From NCBI GenBank assembly GCA_951406725.2, contig OX597821.1, forward strand, positions 76,880,001 through 76,944,000: a stretch of 64,000 nucleotides of DNA, in the 5' to 3' direction. The notes below the pieces were generated by a model. The model made no database searches, had not been told where the DNA came from, and worked only from the letters and a program-made list of their open reading frames with translations. Both the position numbers and the translations under genes were made by a program. This document shows positions 39,128 through 53,519 of this stretch, in pieces; the first letter of the stretch is position 1; each line of letters begins with the position of its first letter. The stretch comes from Octopus vulgaris (lineage: Eukaryota).

Positions 39128-39788
39128 CAACGCTTACACACGCGCGCGCCGTCAGACATCTAAGCTGTATGTTTAGTAGCTAGGTATGTTTATATGTCGT
39201 TTATGATGAAAGTTTTATATAAGAATAAATAAATACAGCGAAGTAAGTGGATATATTAAAAGAAAGAGTGAAAACGGTGAAAATAAAGAAGGAATAAGAA
39301 GCAGAGGAGAAGGTGAGTGTAGGGAAGAAAAAAGATGAAGATGGGGTTAAAGCTAGATGAGATAGAAATATAAAGATAAGAAGATCAACAAGAAGAAAGA
39401 GAAAGAAAAGTGGGAGAAGAGTATAGATCGTATATATCCGGTTGTAAACAAATCTGATAGCCTTGAAAAAGGAAAGAGAAAAAATATCTCGACAAAAGTC
39501 GATGTTAGTTGAGAGCGATAAGAAAACTCAATGAGCAGACGACAAGGAAGTGACAATGGATGATGAGCCGTACAAAAGAAAATGGACGTCAGGCAGTTGT
39601 TTTGTTTCTTTGTGTCTTCGTTGTTGTCGACTCAAAATCCTGACATCATGAGAAAGTTCTGGTGAACTGAATACCGTATTTGATGGCATAAAAGACGTAC
39701 GAGTATATTAGAAGCAATTTCAACAGCGCATGTTCAAGGGGAAAAAAAAGATTTTAGTGCCTTAAAGCATGAGGTATAGGACTGACTT

Positions 39789-39965
39789 AGGCAGCGAGTT
39801 GGGAGAAGCGTTAGCGCGCCGGAAAAATTGCTTAGAGCCATTTCCGATTTAAAGTTCTGAGTTCAAATTCCACCGAGGTCGACTTCGCCTTTCATCAATT
39901 CGCAGACGATAAAGTAAGTACCAGCTCCTCGAAATTCCTGGTCAAGTGCCAAAATTTGAAACCAG
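39789..39965 (+). mobile_element. Nin-domain SINE, degenerate
   Basis: gttctgagttcaaattccaccgaggtcgacttcgcctttcatc. Confidence 0.75.
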
Positions 39966-40689
39966 TAGAAGTCCAACTTCACATAGAAGACACAAAGTGA
40001 TTTTTTGTTTCAGTATTTTAAAGGAAAATGTGTATCATATAGCATCAATCACGATGATTCTTTCATAAAGAAAGTGAGTTGTAGAAGAAATAGCTAACAA
40101 AGCTTTGGCTTATGATGCAAAAGTCGAGTTCAATCCAGACTTAGCGCATTTTTCTACAAAGTGCGATTCTCAAACGATGTACTACAAGGGCGTTTTTCAA
40201 AATATAATTTAAATTTTAGACAATCTAAACTGAATGTTGTTCAAAACTTTGTTGTACACAAGTTTGGTTATAAAACAAGCTATGCAACAGTTTTTGTTCT
40301 TAAGAGCGGTCATAATGAAGTTTATCCGGTCAAATACCAGATTAACTGTATTACAGCATCTCTTTAAATTTTAACATTTGGGAAGCATTCTATCCGTTAC
40401 CAGTTGCAATGCACATTCATCAAGGTCAGAGTGAATAATCCTGTTTTCAGATTAACCATTATAATCAAATCATTGGCTTTCAACACCTTTCGCTGTACAA
40501 TAGTCTGTTTCTGTTGCTGTTAGTTGTGACAAATACGCAAGGCTGGTTACGATTCCCGGAGGTCAGCATCTCGTTATCCCGATCTTTTCTGTGAAACACT
40601 GAGATTTAATACATTATTTGGTTTACCACCAAAGCAAATCATCTCTTCGACATCCAGAGTTTCTCCGAAGATGTCGTCGCTCTTACCCG

Positions 40690-40797
40690 TAACTAACGAC
40701 GACGAGGGTTCCTGTTGATCCGATCAACGGAACAGCCTGGTCGTGAAATTAACGTGCATGTGGCTGAGAACCTTATAGGCACGCATCCCATTAACAG
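40690..40797 (-). mobile_element. Family A SINE 3' fragment
   Basis: acgacgagggttcctgttgatccgatcaacggaacagcctg.tcgtgaaattaacgtg. Confidence 0.8.
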
Positions 40798-41021
40798 TGA
40801 TAGAGAGCAGAAGACAACTCTTAGTACATGTACGGTAGCAAAGCAATTTTTGTCTTTTTGCCCAGAAAGGAAAAGCTAGAAAGAGAGGACGGTGGCAGAG
40901 AGAGACAAAGAGACAGAAATAAAGAAACACTGTATTTAAATAAGAGCTACGAATAGTTTCATGTCATGGAAACACGATTTTTCTATGGCATACAGTTATC
41001 AGTAGCTCTTATTTAAATATT

Positions 41022-41234
41022 ATTTTCTACTCTAGGCACGAGGCTCGAAATTTTTGGGGAGGGTGCTAGTCAATTAGATCGATCCCAGTACATAGCTGGT
41101 ACTTAATTTATTGAACCCGAAAGGATTAAAGGCTAAGTCGACCTCGGCGGAATTTGAATTCAGAGCGTAAAGACAGACGAAATACTGCTAAGCATTTCGC
41201 CCGGCGTGCTAACGTGTCTGCCAGCTCGCCGCCT
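41022..41234 (-). mobile_element. Nin-domain SINE with 19-bp TSD
   Basis: TSD tagctcttatttaaatatt at 41003-41021 and 41235-41253. Confidence 0.9.
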
Positions 41235-41330
41235 TAGCTCTTATTTAAATATTGAGTAAATTAAATGATATTCATCTCTCACTGGATGGAGTACATTGCT
41301 TGTTAATCCTATTTATAATGGAACAATAAG

Positions 41331-41381
<51 letters not shown>

Positions 41382-41449
41382 CTTGCTCGCCCTGCCAGCG
41401 GTGTGACATCGTTCGAAAGCTAGCACACACAGTGACACACACACACGCA

Positions 41450-41582
41450 TATACGACAGGCTTCTTTCAGTTTACTTCAACCAAATCCATTCACAAGACT
41501 CTACTCGGCCTGGGGTTATACTAGAAGACACTTGCCCAAGATGCCGCGCAGTGGGACTGAACCCAAATCACGTAGTTGTAAA
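41450..41582 (-). mobile_element. Family B SINE fragment
   Basis: acgacaggcttctttcag...agaagacacttgcccaagatgccgcgcagtgggactgaaccc. Confidence 0.8.
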
Positions 41583-42752
41583 GTATGTTCGAAGTGAAAC
41601 AGCAAATACGGGAAATTAAACACAGATTTCATTCTCCGTTAGTTTTGCTTGTCAAGAACGAAATAGTGATGTTTTTACGATCTCGTGTAGGGTGACGGTC
41701 CCTATCAATAAGACTGTTCTATATCCGGAAATGGAACCGGCTTGCGAATTTGATTAGCACCACGAGTTAATTAAGGGGAAAATAATCGAAAGTTTTCAAA
41801 TTGTTTTCCTTCATAAAAATTTAGCAATGGTTTTCAGTTACTGAGAAAAGAAAAAAAAAAGAAGAAAAGTAAAGAAAAAAGGAAATAATGAGCTGTGGTG
41901 AAACAAAAGAAACGAAAGGAAGAATTTGGTGGTTTGTTATGGCGAATAACAAAAACAGGAAAATTTTCTCGTTAATATGGAGAATATATAAAGGATAAAT
42001 TTGTTAAAGGAGAAATCACGCGTGTGAAAGACTTCGTTGTACATTGGTGAAAGACAAGGATAATAATAAACGAGTGTGGTCAATCGTTCGTTCGTTCGTG
42101 AGCTTCAGCGAGAAACGAAGTGTACGATGTATTATAGCAATTATACAAACAACAACTACAATCTAACAAGATTTTTGGCTTTAAACGATAATAGACAAAA
42201 GGAGTGAGCCTCACTGAAGGGATAAAATCCAAACGAGGGTGAGCCTACGCATCGCCGATCGTCTTGCTAGAAATAACAACCAAATTTCCCATCTACAAGC
42301 CTACCATTTTAAAAAGACATTGAGTTCAGTACAATTTCATTATGAATCGTAGACAGGCTCTGGTTTTAATATAATTAGTGTAGTGCTCTGCAACCGCTAT
42401 GCCGCGGCACACTGGTGGACCACAAGACGAAACTAGGTACAATGTAATCTGAATATTATTTTTTTCCCTATCTTTAGATCAGGTGTGCCGCCGAATTTTG
42501 AAAAGAATATACGCGTACCGCGATTATTATGGGATGTGTCATGACCCTATCATTTTGGCAACTTGTTGCCAAAATAAGATGGTCGTCACACATTCCATAT
42601 TTTTTCTGAACCAAATTTTTAATTTTAAGTTTTAATTCACTTGAAGAAAACGGTTTTTTAATGATGTAAGCGGTTTATTCACCAATGAAAAATACATCTG
42701 AAGCAACTGTAGTAAACTTTATACTGTTTCTGTTCTTTGTATTACTTTGTAG

Positions 42753-43010
42753 GGGAGGCGCAATGGCCCAGTGGTTAGGGCAGCGGACTCGCGGTCGTAG
42801 TGATCGCAGTTTCGATTCCCAGACCGGTCGTTGTGAGTGTTTATCGAGCGAAAACACCTACAGCTCCACGAGTCTCCGGCAGGGGGTGGTGGCGAACCTT
42901 ACTGCACCTTTTCACCACAACTTACTCTCAATCTTTGTCCCTGTTTCTGTTGTACCTGTAATTCAAAGGGGCTGGCCTTGTCCCACACTGTGTCACACTG
43001 AATCTCTCCG
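42753..43010 (+). mobile_element. Family A SINE, 3'-truncated
   Basis: ggaggcgcaatggcccagtggttagggcagcggactcgcgg...gtgtcacactgaatctc. Confidence 0.9.
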
Positions 43011-43058
43011 TGGGGCTGCAAGGCAGACAAAAGTGGGTAATGCATGCTCATGCATATA

Positions 43059-43849
43059 CAGGTTGCGGTGAATATATTGTCGTCTAAATTTTAACAAGTA
43101 TATTTACCAAAATTACATAAAAATATCTTGAAAAACTAAGAAGTAAATTTATTCTATAAAATCGCCATTGGCTTGATCCACGGCCTCCAGACGACTTCTG
43201 CAACTCTTCTGGACAGTCTCCTTGTTTAAGTTGGTGAATGCTGCCATAATCCTTGCTTTCATTCCATCTTTGGTGTTACAAGGAGTTTTGTTGGTCTCTC
43301 GCTTAACTGTGCCCCACCCATAATAATCAAGGGGTTTGCAGTCTGGGGAGCTAGGTGGCAAGATGTCTGGAGTGATGTGGTCGCAGAAATTCTCCTGCTT
43401 GTGTGGCATGGTGCAGAGTCTAGTTGCCAGACATAGGTTGTTCCAGCAGCCACCTTCTTGATCAAAGGCACTTGATATAGGCCTTCGTGTTGAGTCTGAG
43501 GCCGCGTGTAAAGATGAACGGAAGCATAACGTCGCCATCGCTTGTGATCAATCCAAACAACATGATGTTGACTGGATATTTGATTATTACCACTCTTGAT
43601 AGATATTTTGGGGACACGACAAGCCAACGGTTGTTCTATGTTCACCATCTGTTCGTATTGGAGCTTCCGGCGCGAATGCCGAGCACTACAGCATGTCATT
43701 TCCAAATTTCTGACTGGGTGAATTGCGTCATGCTGCTGTTTTTCTCACAAACGGTATCCTACTATATTGTGTAGTCGGCGAAATCCAAAACAATGTGCAT
43801 ACGCGAAATTAAAAATTCAAAACAGCGACAATTTACCTATTGCACCCTG
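43059..43849 (-). mobile_element. Tc1/mariner transposon, internally deleted (same family as 23690-24590)
   Basis: WQLDSAPCHTS, PPSSPDCKPLDYYGWG..KTPCNTKDGMKARIMAAFTNLNKETVQKSC; TIRs caggttgcggtgaatatattgtcg / cgacaatttacctattgcaccctg. Confidence 0.9.
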
Positions 43850-43886
43850 CATATACTCATGCATATGTATGTATGTAAATACATAC

Positions 43887-44260
43887 AAGGCGGCGAGATG
43901 GCAGAATTTCGTCTGCCGCTACGTTCTGAGTTCAAATTCTGCCGAGGTCGACTTTGCCTTTCATCCTTTCGGGGTCGATTAAATAAGTACCAGTTACGCA
44001 CTGGTGTCGATGTAATCGACTTAATCTGTTTGTCTGTCCTTGTTTGTCCCCTTTGTGTTTAACCCCTTGTGTGTAGTAAAGAAATAGAAATAGGTATTCG
44101 TCTGTTTTTACGTTCAGAGTTCAAATTCCGCCGAGGTCGACTTTGTCTGTCATCCTTTCGGGGTCGATAAAATAAGTACCAGTTGCGTACTTGGGTTGAT
44201 CTAATCGACTGGTCCCCTTCCTCAAAATTTCAGGCCTTGTGCCTAGAGCAGAAAAGAATA
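43887..44260 (+). mobile_element. Nin-domain SINE dimer
   Basis: Two consecutive Nin domains, the second starting at ggtattcgtctg (about 44093). Confidence 0.85.
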
Positions 44261-45303
44261 TATACAAATACACATATATTTATACATGCATTCTCGCGAA
44301 ATCTTTCAGTTTAGGTCCTATCGAGATCCTTTCAGGGTCGATGAATAAAGTACCCGTCCATAGCACTGGATTGGTGGAATGGTCGGACGAGATATCTTCA
44401 GATATGTTTCACTAGTCTGTAAGTTCTGAGTTCAAATTCGGCCTTCTGTCACCGGCAAAAATTGAATCTTTCAGACCCCGTCAAAAAAACTGAAACAAGT
44501 TTGAGAAACCCTTAAGCTAGTGTACAATTATTTCAGTTGATCGGTCTGAATGGAAGATGATCAATCTGCGAATGAGGAAACAATAATATTGCCCAACCTT
44601 GTTCCTCAACATCGAACAGCAATTTATATATAGCCAACATTATATACACACACGCGCGTGTGTGCGTGTGTATATAATCTGTTGTTCTTTTCCTTTGTGT
44701 TTATACATGTATACTCATACATACACGCGCAATGATACAACTGTGTGTCTTACGATCGAAGCTTATATGACTGCGTGACTTTGTATTTATTTATTTGCAG
44801 GCTACAACCTTCTGTAGTCTACAGAAGATATTAATCGGATCTCACTTGTTCCCTTTTGGTCGTCCCTACTGTCTTTCTTTGCCCTGTCCCCTCTCTGCTC
44901 CCCGTCTCCTTTTTGACAATTATGATATTAAACTCCACTCTCTGAAACGCTAACATTAACTTCCTCTACTCCATTCCCTCTTCAAAACGGCGGAAGCAAC
45001 AACTATGGCACCATCAGCCACTAGAAGAACTATATAAACAAACATAAAACAACCAAAAGAAAATAATGTGAGCAGAATAACTTTCACTTCTCTCTGTTTT
45101 GCAACGAAGTTTGTAGGTTTGGAAAAGATTTATGTTTGGGATTTGTGTGTCTTTAGTCCTACACCTGCGTCTTCTTTCTGGTGGATGAGGTGAAAACAAG
45201 CTTTTGACACCTGCCACCAATGATGTTATTCGCTTAAGCGATTTTCTGATGTACGCACAACAGCGGTCAAAACGGCTGTTACTGCTTCTGTTGTTATTTT
45301 GCC

Positions 45304-45364
<61 letters not shown>

Positions 45365-46344
45365 GTTATTGTTATTAGGGTTATTTTCGTTGTTTTGCGC
45401 CTAACAGTAGTGCTATGTAGTAACGTCGAGAATAAAATCCGGTCATCTTTCGTGCGGCAGACTCCTGGCTGAGGAATTTGAGTAAGTTGTAAGAAATATG
45501 AACTAATAAAATAATAAAAAAATAAACAAGTTGTTTGATAAATAATTATGAATTGAAACAGAAAATAGATTAAATCTATTGAAATGGATTAGAGCAAATG
45601 TACAAAACTTTATTAATATAATCTATATTAATGAAAACAACTATAGATTGTCAGATTAAATGCATAACGATGTTTAGTTTTGATCTCAAGCCAACCATAG
45701 TCAACTCAATCTTTCGTCTGAATCAGACGAGTGATATTGAGAATTTGGAATGACGTTGAGGTATACAAAGGAAATAACCTATGACATCCGTTGGCCTTCC
45801 GACACGAGCGAGCCTGATACGGTTGATGTCCAGTTTCAGCATGAGGGAGGAAGGGGGGGACAAGGAAAGAAACATAAAAATATCAGGTGTCAAACAAGTC
45901 AGCGTCGAATCAGTAGCGCCAAATAAGCAGCGCCAACACGGTTGTGCCAAAATGTTTCATGCTCTCTTCAGAAATCGGAGCCGTATTCCGCGTTAAGCTT
46001 TTCTTGAGCTTTGTAGCGTTGATGGAAGGCTAGGCGAGTTTGATTTGGAGCTGCAGGCATAGCAATATTCTGTATGTGACGTGGGTTGATTATAACATTA
46101 GTGGGAGACCTAGAATTGATCGTAACTTTAAAGTTTGTTATTGCATGTTCTCCTAGAGGATGAAACGACACTGATAAAAGTGCTGAATTTTTTCTAACTA
46201 ATCTACAAGCCTATATTATTTATGTATGCACATACACATACACACATACATATATGTGCATGTGTATACATGAAATGTTTACGAATATATGTGTGCAGGA
46301 TATACGTAAGTATATGTATGTATATACATACGTAAATATATGAT

Positions 46345-46475
46345 TATTCTTGAGATTGCTCCAATCTGGCCAGCCCCAAGAAAAAAACTAAGCTAAGAGC
46401 ATTAGATTCCTTGGAAGAAAGCATCGAATGTATACAAAAACAAGGACGGAGAAACAGACAATAAAAATACAATAA
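46345..46475 (-). mobile_element. Fragment of the element at 61862-62712
   Basis: Reverse complement aligns to about 62445-62585 (tatacattcgat...ttccaag.aatcta.tgctc.tagcttagttttt...gctggcc.gat.ggagc.atctcaaga). Confidence 0.75.
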
Positions 46476-47791
46476 TATATATATATGAATTCTCCATGAA
46501 TATGTGTGTGTTTACACACACACACATTACCGTATTTTCTGTAAATGCTACCTGCCAACTCTTAGTCCAATCTCACTTTAGTCCTCACTCTCCGTTTTTC
46601 CTTTGACAGTCCTTCTTCAACTTGCATTCTACATCACTAGCGTGACAGCGAATGCATACATGAATTTGATACGAATGACATGCTTTCTGTTATCTAATAA
46701 TGTGTTCTCAAACGATAATTCTATTTAAACGACACAATCCAGCACTGCTCTGTGGCTCTGACTCTTCGTATTCGAAACAAACTTCCAGTATAAACTAACG
46801 ATACTTATGTTGCCACCATCAGTATTACAATAGGAACTGTCGATGCCTTAGTTGATTGTTTGCGTCTCTGTTTACTTGGCTAGTACCAACTCTAACACCG
46901 AAAAATAGTTATATAATTGAATTAGCAGACCTTGAAGAAAACTGCCGTACAGTTTCCTTCACAAGCAATTATTTCTTTCAATGTTTATTTGTAACAAACT
47001 ATAATTGCAAGTTTACAAAATCTGCAAGTTTTGAAAGTCATTCAAGTTTTAATTTCTCGTAAAATTTCACATTAACTCTCAAAGAAATTCTATCCTTGCT
47101 AAGTTTTTTTTTCGTTAAACTCCTCTTCCTCTTTCTACAAATAAAGTAGAATTTTTTTTTTCCGCACATGTCTAGAACAATTTTCCGTAACATGATAGGA
47201 TAGGTTTTGTCAGCAATTCTTCCAATAGATTACCCCGTTACCATTTCAATCGAATTGGCACACCTTGTAAATGAGGCTCAATGGATAATTTCAAAGAGCT
47301 TTAGTTACTGCATCATTCAGACATTTGGGAAAGTAGATCTTGCAAGATGTCTGCTCAACCTGCTTACTCGCATAATAATGGCTTTGTTCTGATTCTAATT
47401 TTGTCAGTTGTCTCACTTTTGTTTAGTTTTGTTTTCACAGCTCGTAATAAGATCTCTTCTCTTTGTTGTTAGCTTAATTTTCAAGGCTTCTTTTTTACAC
47501 ACAGGCGTTAGTGTTCCATCTTTAGACTGATTCTAATTGTCCACAAAAGAAAAACTAACTAAAATAAACAAATCACCAAACAAAACAAGCCTAAACTTGT
47601 TATTTCACTCCAGAAATAAAGAAGAAACTAGTCAAGTCAGTGGACCACTTCTAAAAGTTGAGCTTTAAAGGTTCTCCAAGGTTTAATCAAGCAACAAGAA
47701 ACAGGGATACGTTTCTTCAGTAAGAATCGAAAGTTTACTTTAAAGGGACGAAAATAGAAAAGAGAAAAACCCCTGGAAATAACATTGTCCT

Positions 47792-47853
47792 TAGCAATGG
47801 GTTAATATATGTTTGTGTATGTGTATGTGTATATATGTATGTGTGTATATATG

Positions 47854-47900
<47 letters not shown>

Positions 47901-48015
47901 ATGTGTGTGTGTGTATGTGTGTGTGTGTGTGTGTGTGTATGCTTATATACTGTTGTAGCAATGGGTTAATATATGTTTGTGTGTGTATGTGTATATATGT
48001 ATGTGTATATATATG

Positions 48016-48082
<67 letters not shown>

Positions 48083-48108
48083 ATTTATATATGCTTATAT
48101 ACTGTTGT
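47792..48108 (+). repeat. About 160-bp tandem duplication containing (TA)n
   Basis: tagcaatgggttaatatatgtttgtgt...atgcttatatactgttgt occurs twice (47792-47955, 47956-48108). Confidence 0.85.
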
Positions 48109-48248
48109 GTCTGGGGAGAGTCATTCTCTTTTTTTGCCTTATAATTTAATACACTCACCGGTAAAATTTCTACTTATTTCTTTTTTATTTTTCTAAAATT
48201 TTCGTTGCGTCTTGCAACCTTTTCAATAGCTTTATATATGCTTATGTA

Positions 48249-48292
<44 letters not shown>

Positions 48293-48345
48293 GTGTATAC
48301 ATATATATATTTATATATATACATATATATACATTACATATATAT

Positions 48346-48380
<35 letters not shown>

Positions 48381-48417
48381 TGTATCTCAAAATAAGCAAC
48401 AAGGATATCCAGAGGTA

Positions 48418-48506
48418 ACGCAGTACGATCGTTTCATGCAACTCCATTTAATAGAACAATGCAATCATTAAATCAATTCAAAACGCACAGCAATCTTCAG
48501 CTGCAC
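48418..48506 (-). ncRNA. Type I hammerhead ribozyme (candidate, intact core)
   Basis: GUGCAG-CUGAAGA-UUGC...GCAU-GAAAC-GAUC-GUA-CUGCGU: 6-bp stem I, canonical core, palindromic stem III ACGAUCGU. Confidence 0.75.
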
Positions 48507-48825
48507 AAAGACATAGAATATAATTAAATTAGAACAGATAGACACATTAGTATAATTATACCAAAAATCTCCAAGAAGTTAAGGAGATAGACAAAGAACA
48601 TGTTGTCTCTACTTCAGCATAGAAGTAACACACGAACGCGCGCGCGCGCGTGCATGCAACAAGATTTCCATAGATGAGAAACTTTTAAACAAATTCAAAC
48701 GTGCTAGAACAAAAGTTTCAATGATCGACAACTTAGAACCATGGAAACACAAGATACAAAAAGGCTTGCAGACTCAAAAAGCACATCCAACTTATTTATA
48801 TCCATCATCAACTGTCAAACAGATA

Positions 48826-48863
<38 letters not shown>

Positions 48864-49645
48864 TATTTCAACAGATCGTCTGTGATTTAATATTTGATTC
48901 TCCAATATCCCATTGGCTTATAACGAAAACAAAAGTTCCTAACTCCACGATCAGAAGCAATTTCTGTACATCTCTGCAGAGATTCTGGTATCTAATCTTA
49001 TCAGTTTCCAGTGAATTTGGAAATCATTGAAGAGTACAAATTCTCAACCTCATACCTACAATATAAATGAGCAGATAGTCTAATACGCTATATTCCGCTA
49101 CTTAATTTCTGTTGTCGACGGTAACGGTGCTACTTAAAGACTTCTTCTCCATGTAGTGTGTGTGTGAGGAAAAGCAGCAAGATACAGTTTATTCCTGCTC
49201 TGAGAGCATTCATATTAACATTTGTTAACACTACTTGAAGTTGGAGAAGTATTCATTCAGGCTTCTAGAGGTAAGAGATAAGTACATTTAATTCAAGATT
49301 GTGTTGATCTTTTAAAGTGTCTCAGCTCAATATTAGTCACGGGAAAAGGATGATGGAATTTTCTAGAGGTTTAAGATCTCATATAAGCTGAGCTTTCGTT
49401 TTTTGCTTCTATTTATAAAAACAAATCTTATTTACTGCCAACAATGTTTCAATACGCATGACGTTCAGAGAAACACACGTATGAACGTACATGAACACAT
49501 ACACATTCAAACATGCACACGCATATCTGTGCACACACACACATACACGCACGCACACATATTGAAAGATAAATAGATATAAATATATATACACATATAT
49601 GTGTGTTTGTGTGTGAGTGTGTGCGTGCGTGTATACGTGTGTGAA

Positions 49646-49722
<77 letters not shown>

Positions 49723-49745
49723 GTACATATATATATGTGTTTGTG

Positions 49746-49802
<57 letters not shown>

Positions 49803-49804
<2 letters not shown>

Positions 49805-50848
49805 TAGCAAAAGCACGCTTCCTTTGGACGGTTTAAGTTGCTTTGGTGGTATTTTTTCACCAAATAATTGAACTACCGAGAAGGTTTGTGAATAGTACGG
49901 CAATCTATGTTTCCTATTAACCTAAGAACGGAAAACCAAATTGAAGGCTGGTTATTGTGGAGGTCGTTGCACTTTAATGATAATAGAACATATAAGTTCG
50001 CAAACAATGTAGAGCTACTGAAAGGTTTTGGAAGTAGATTACGCATAATGATTACAAAATATTGTTGTTTTACATGAAAGCGAAATGTCTTATGATTGTT
50101 TTTAAAAGGCTAGAACGACAATGCTAAAACGTATTCGAAATAATGGACAACAGTCGAAATATCATAATGGATGGGTAAATAAACATCCTTAAAGTGAAAC
50201 AACGCATTTGTAGGTAAACGAATGTATCAACAAATAGAAGAGAGTGAAAGGAACATCACCTTTCAACAAACTCAGAATAGGCAAAGGTAAGTTTGGCTAA
50301 GTTTAATGCAGTTTCAGTAAGGAGATTAAGATTGTTTGGTATTGAATATTCATCACGTAGTGTTCCTAGTCAATTTGATCACCATCGCAGGTGGACAGTC
50401 GAAATAAATAGACAAACTTCTTTTATAATATTTTCTATCCAAAACACTCAATATACACCAATGCGCATATAAAAAATAATATAGAAAATAATAATATGCA
50501 ATTACAATATATAAATAAATAATAAATAAAAAAATGTGAAAACCATAAAAAAATATTCTCTAATACCAATATACGACCATAGAGATTAAAAAAGTATGGA
50601 AGACCCTACACACAAAAAAACCCCAACTATGTACATACAACGAATTAGAAAAAAAGCCGTGAAACCACCGTTTTTCCCGGTTTGTCCTTTTACGCGGGAG
50701 TTCTGGGCAAAATGTTATAGTGCATGGCCATCCTTGGGACATAAGTAATGTGTATGTAAAGTTTGGTAAAAATCGGTTGAGAATCGTAGAAATACATGCG
50801 TTAGCCAATATACACACACACATACTGTGATTTATATATACTATATAG
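49803..50848 (+). mobile_element. Helitron/HINE (DINE-like) non-autonomous element
   Basis: Starts actagc with a degenerate hairpin; 3' region aagtttggtaaaaatcggttgag..(CA)n..tttatatata is typical of DINE/HINE-like elements; no TSD. Confidence 0.5.
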
Positions 50849-51049
50849 TTATCCAGGCAAAATGCTACTTAAGTTCTCTGCTAATACAAATACACTACGC
50901 TAACAAAATGTTTTTGAAATTGGTAAAGAATGTCAGGTAATCCAAAGGCAAGAACCGGAGTTGAAGTCCATCACCAGTCGAATTTGTAGATCCATTGTTG
51001 CATTAAGAAGTTAATATGGTATGTTTTCAAAGAGTGATAGACACGACAA

Positions 51050-51085
<36 letters not shown>

Positions 51086-51126
51086 ATCATGTATATACCC
51101 CCCACCAATATATATATATATATAAA

Positions 51127-51276
51127 CGCAAGAGTGTCTATTCGAAAAAGTTTGCTTCCCAACCACATGGTTCCAGGTTCAGTCCCACTGCGTGGTACCT
51201 TGGGCAAGCGCCTTCTACCTTAGTCTCGAGCTAGCGAACGTTTTTTGACAGACGGAAACTAATAGAAGCCCATCGT
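51127..51276 (+). mobile_element. Family B SINE, 5' half
   Basis: ttgcttcccaaccacatggttccaggttcagtcccactgcgtggtaccttgggcaag. Confidence 0.8.
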
Positions 51277-51279
51277 TTA

Positions 51280-51842
<563 letters not shown>

Positions 51843-52878
51843 TATAGAATGCGTGTGTCTGTATATGTATGCCTGCATTTATGTTTTTTGTATGTAAGCC
51901 GGTGTATGAAGTTGTTTATGCTTGTGTATGTACGTATGTTTTGATAATAGGTATAAAACAAGAAAATTCCGCGTCTTCGTGGTTTAATAAATGTAGTTGT
52001 ACAATTTTATGTTCTTGTCTTTCTGAAGAAATAACACTGTTTATACACATTTGCTTGTACATATGTACGTAAAACCTTGCAATAACATACCCATAAACAT
52101 GCCGATATACATCCATTTATGTATATTCTCACTCGCGTGCATGTATGTGTCTATCATACACGCACACACATGATCAGAGCACACGCCGGTCCATTCTAGA
52201 CCACCAGGCATTTACCAAACTCCTTACATATATGATTCCTGTTCTTTAAGCGTCTGGTCTTATTTTCAGATACTGATCTTGTCTTTTATGTTGTTCTATC
52301 GGCAGCCTGCTTACCCCTTTCATGTTATTTGGTCGGTTCCGGTCTGTTGCAGGAAATTGTCGTTACAGTCGGTAGCTTTTGTGAAACCGAATCTCCGATT
52401 CTACATAATTTATACAAGAATGTGGACATTCCACGACTTCCATCGATATAGCTTTTTAAGAATTAACCGCAATCCTCTCACATTAATGATTGACAATAAT
52501 TCTTTTCAAATTCTCGTTTAAAGTTCAGGCTACAGCAGCTATCGCCATTTAACTACACCGTACCTTTGTACGTCTGTGTGTGTGTATGTATGTATGTATG
52601 TATGTATGTATGTATGTATGTATGTATGTATGTATGTATGTGTGTGTGTATGTATGCATGTATGTATGTATGTGTGTATGCATGTATATGTGTGTATGTG
52701 CATGTGTGAGAGAGGGAGCGAGAGACAGACAGACAGAATTTTATGAGTGGGTATGTCTGTATATAAGCATATACAAATGTGTATGGATTGTGTTTGAGTG
52801 TGCGTGCGTTAGTAATCATGCATATGTGTTTATATATATATATACTATACACATTCACACACATATATTATATTATAT

Positions 52879-53003
<125 letters not shown>

Positions 53004-53136
53004 TATGTGTGTGTATGTGTTTCGGAATTATGTCTTTTTGGCATGTGACTTGATGTGAGACTGCTTAGAAACTGTGGTAATTATATCTGTGTATGTGTTT
53101 GTGTTCAGGTGTCAGTGTGTGCGTACGTTTGCGTGT

Positions 53137-53420
53137 GTGCAAGTGTGGCTGTATAGCAAGAAGCTTGCTTCGCAACCGCATGGTTTCAGGCTCAGTCACA
53201 CAACGCGGCACCTTGGCCATGTCTTCTTCTACAGCCTCAGACCGACAGCCGGTGTTGGCGTTTTTAAGTCCCCCGTAACTTAGTAGTTCGGCAAAAGAGA
53301 CTGATAAATTAAGTACCAGGCTTTAAATAAATAAGTAGCTGTATCGGTCGAGTGTTGAAGGCGGTGCCACAGCATGACCGCAGTTTAATGACTGCAACAA
53401 GTAAAAGATGAAAGATAAAA
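53137..53420 (+). mobile_element. Family B SINE, internally deleted
   Basis: Head joined to the 3' half without the microsatellite. Confidence 0.75.
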
Positions 53421-53519
53421 CGCCGGGCTGTCACTCACTTTGTGGTACTTCGTACTCGAAGGACGTGTCGATGTTCCTCAACTTTTGGCGCCGTTCGTTC
53501 TGTGTGTCCATCATTAACC

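Noticed and set aside
46540-47600. Possible decayed transposon coding sequence
   Set aside because: No recognisable motif or termini, so it could not be classified.
47640-48232. Penelope GIY-YIG C-terminus plus terminal repeat
   Set aside because: Only a faint NGL-like match and no foldable hammerhead, so only the tandem duplication is reported.
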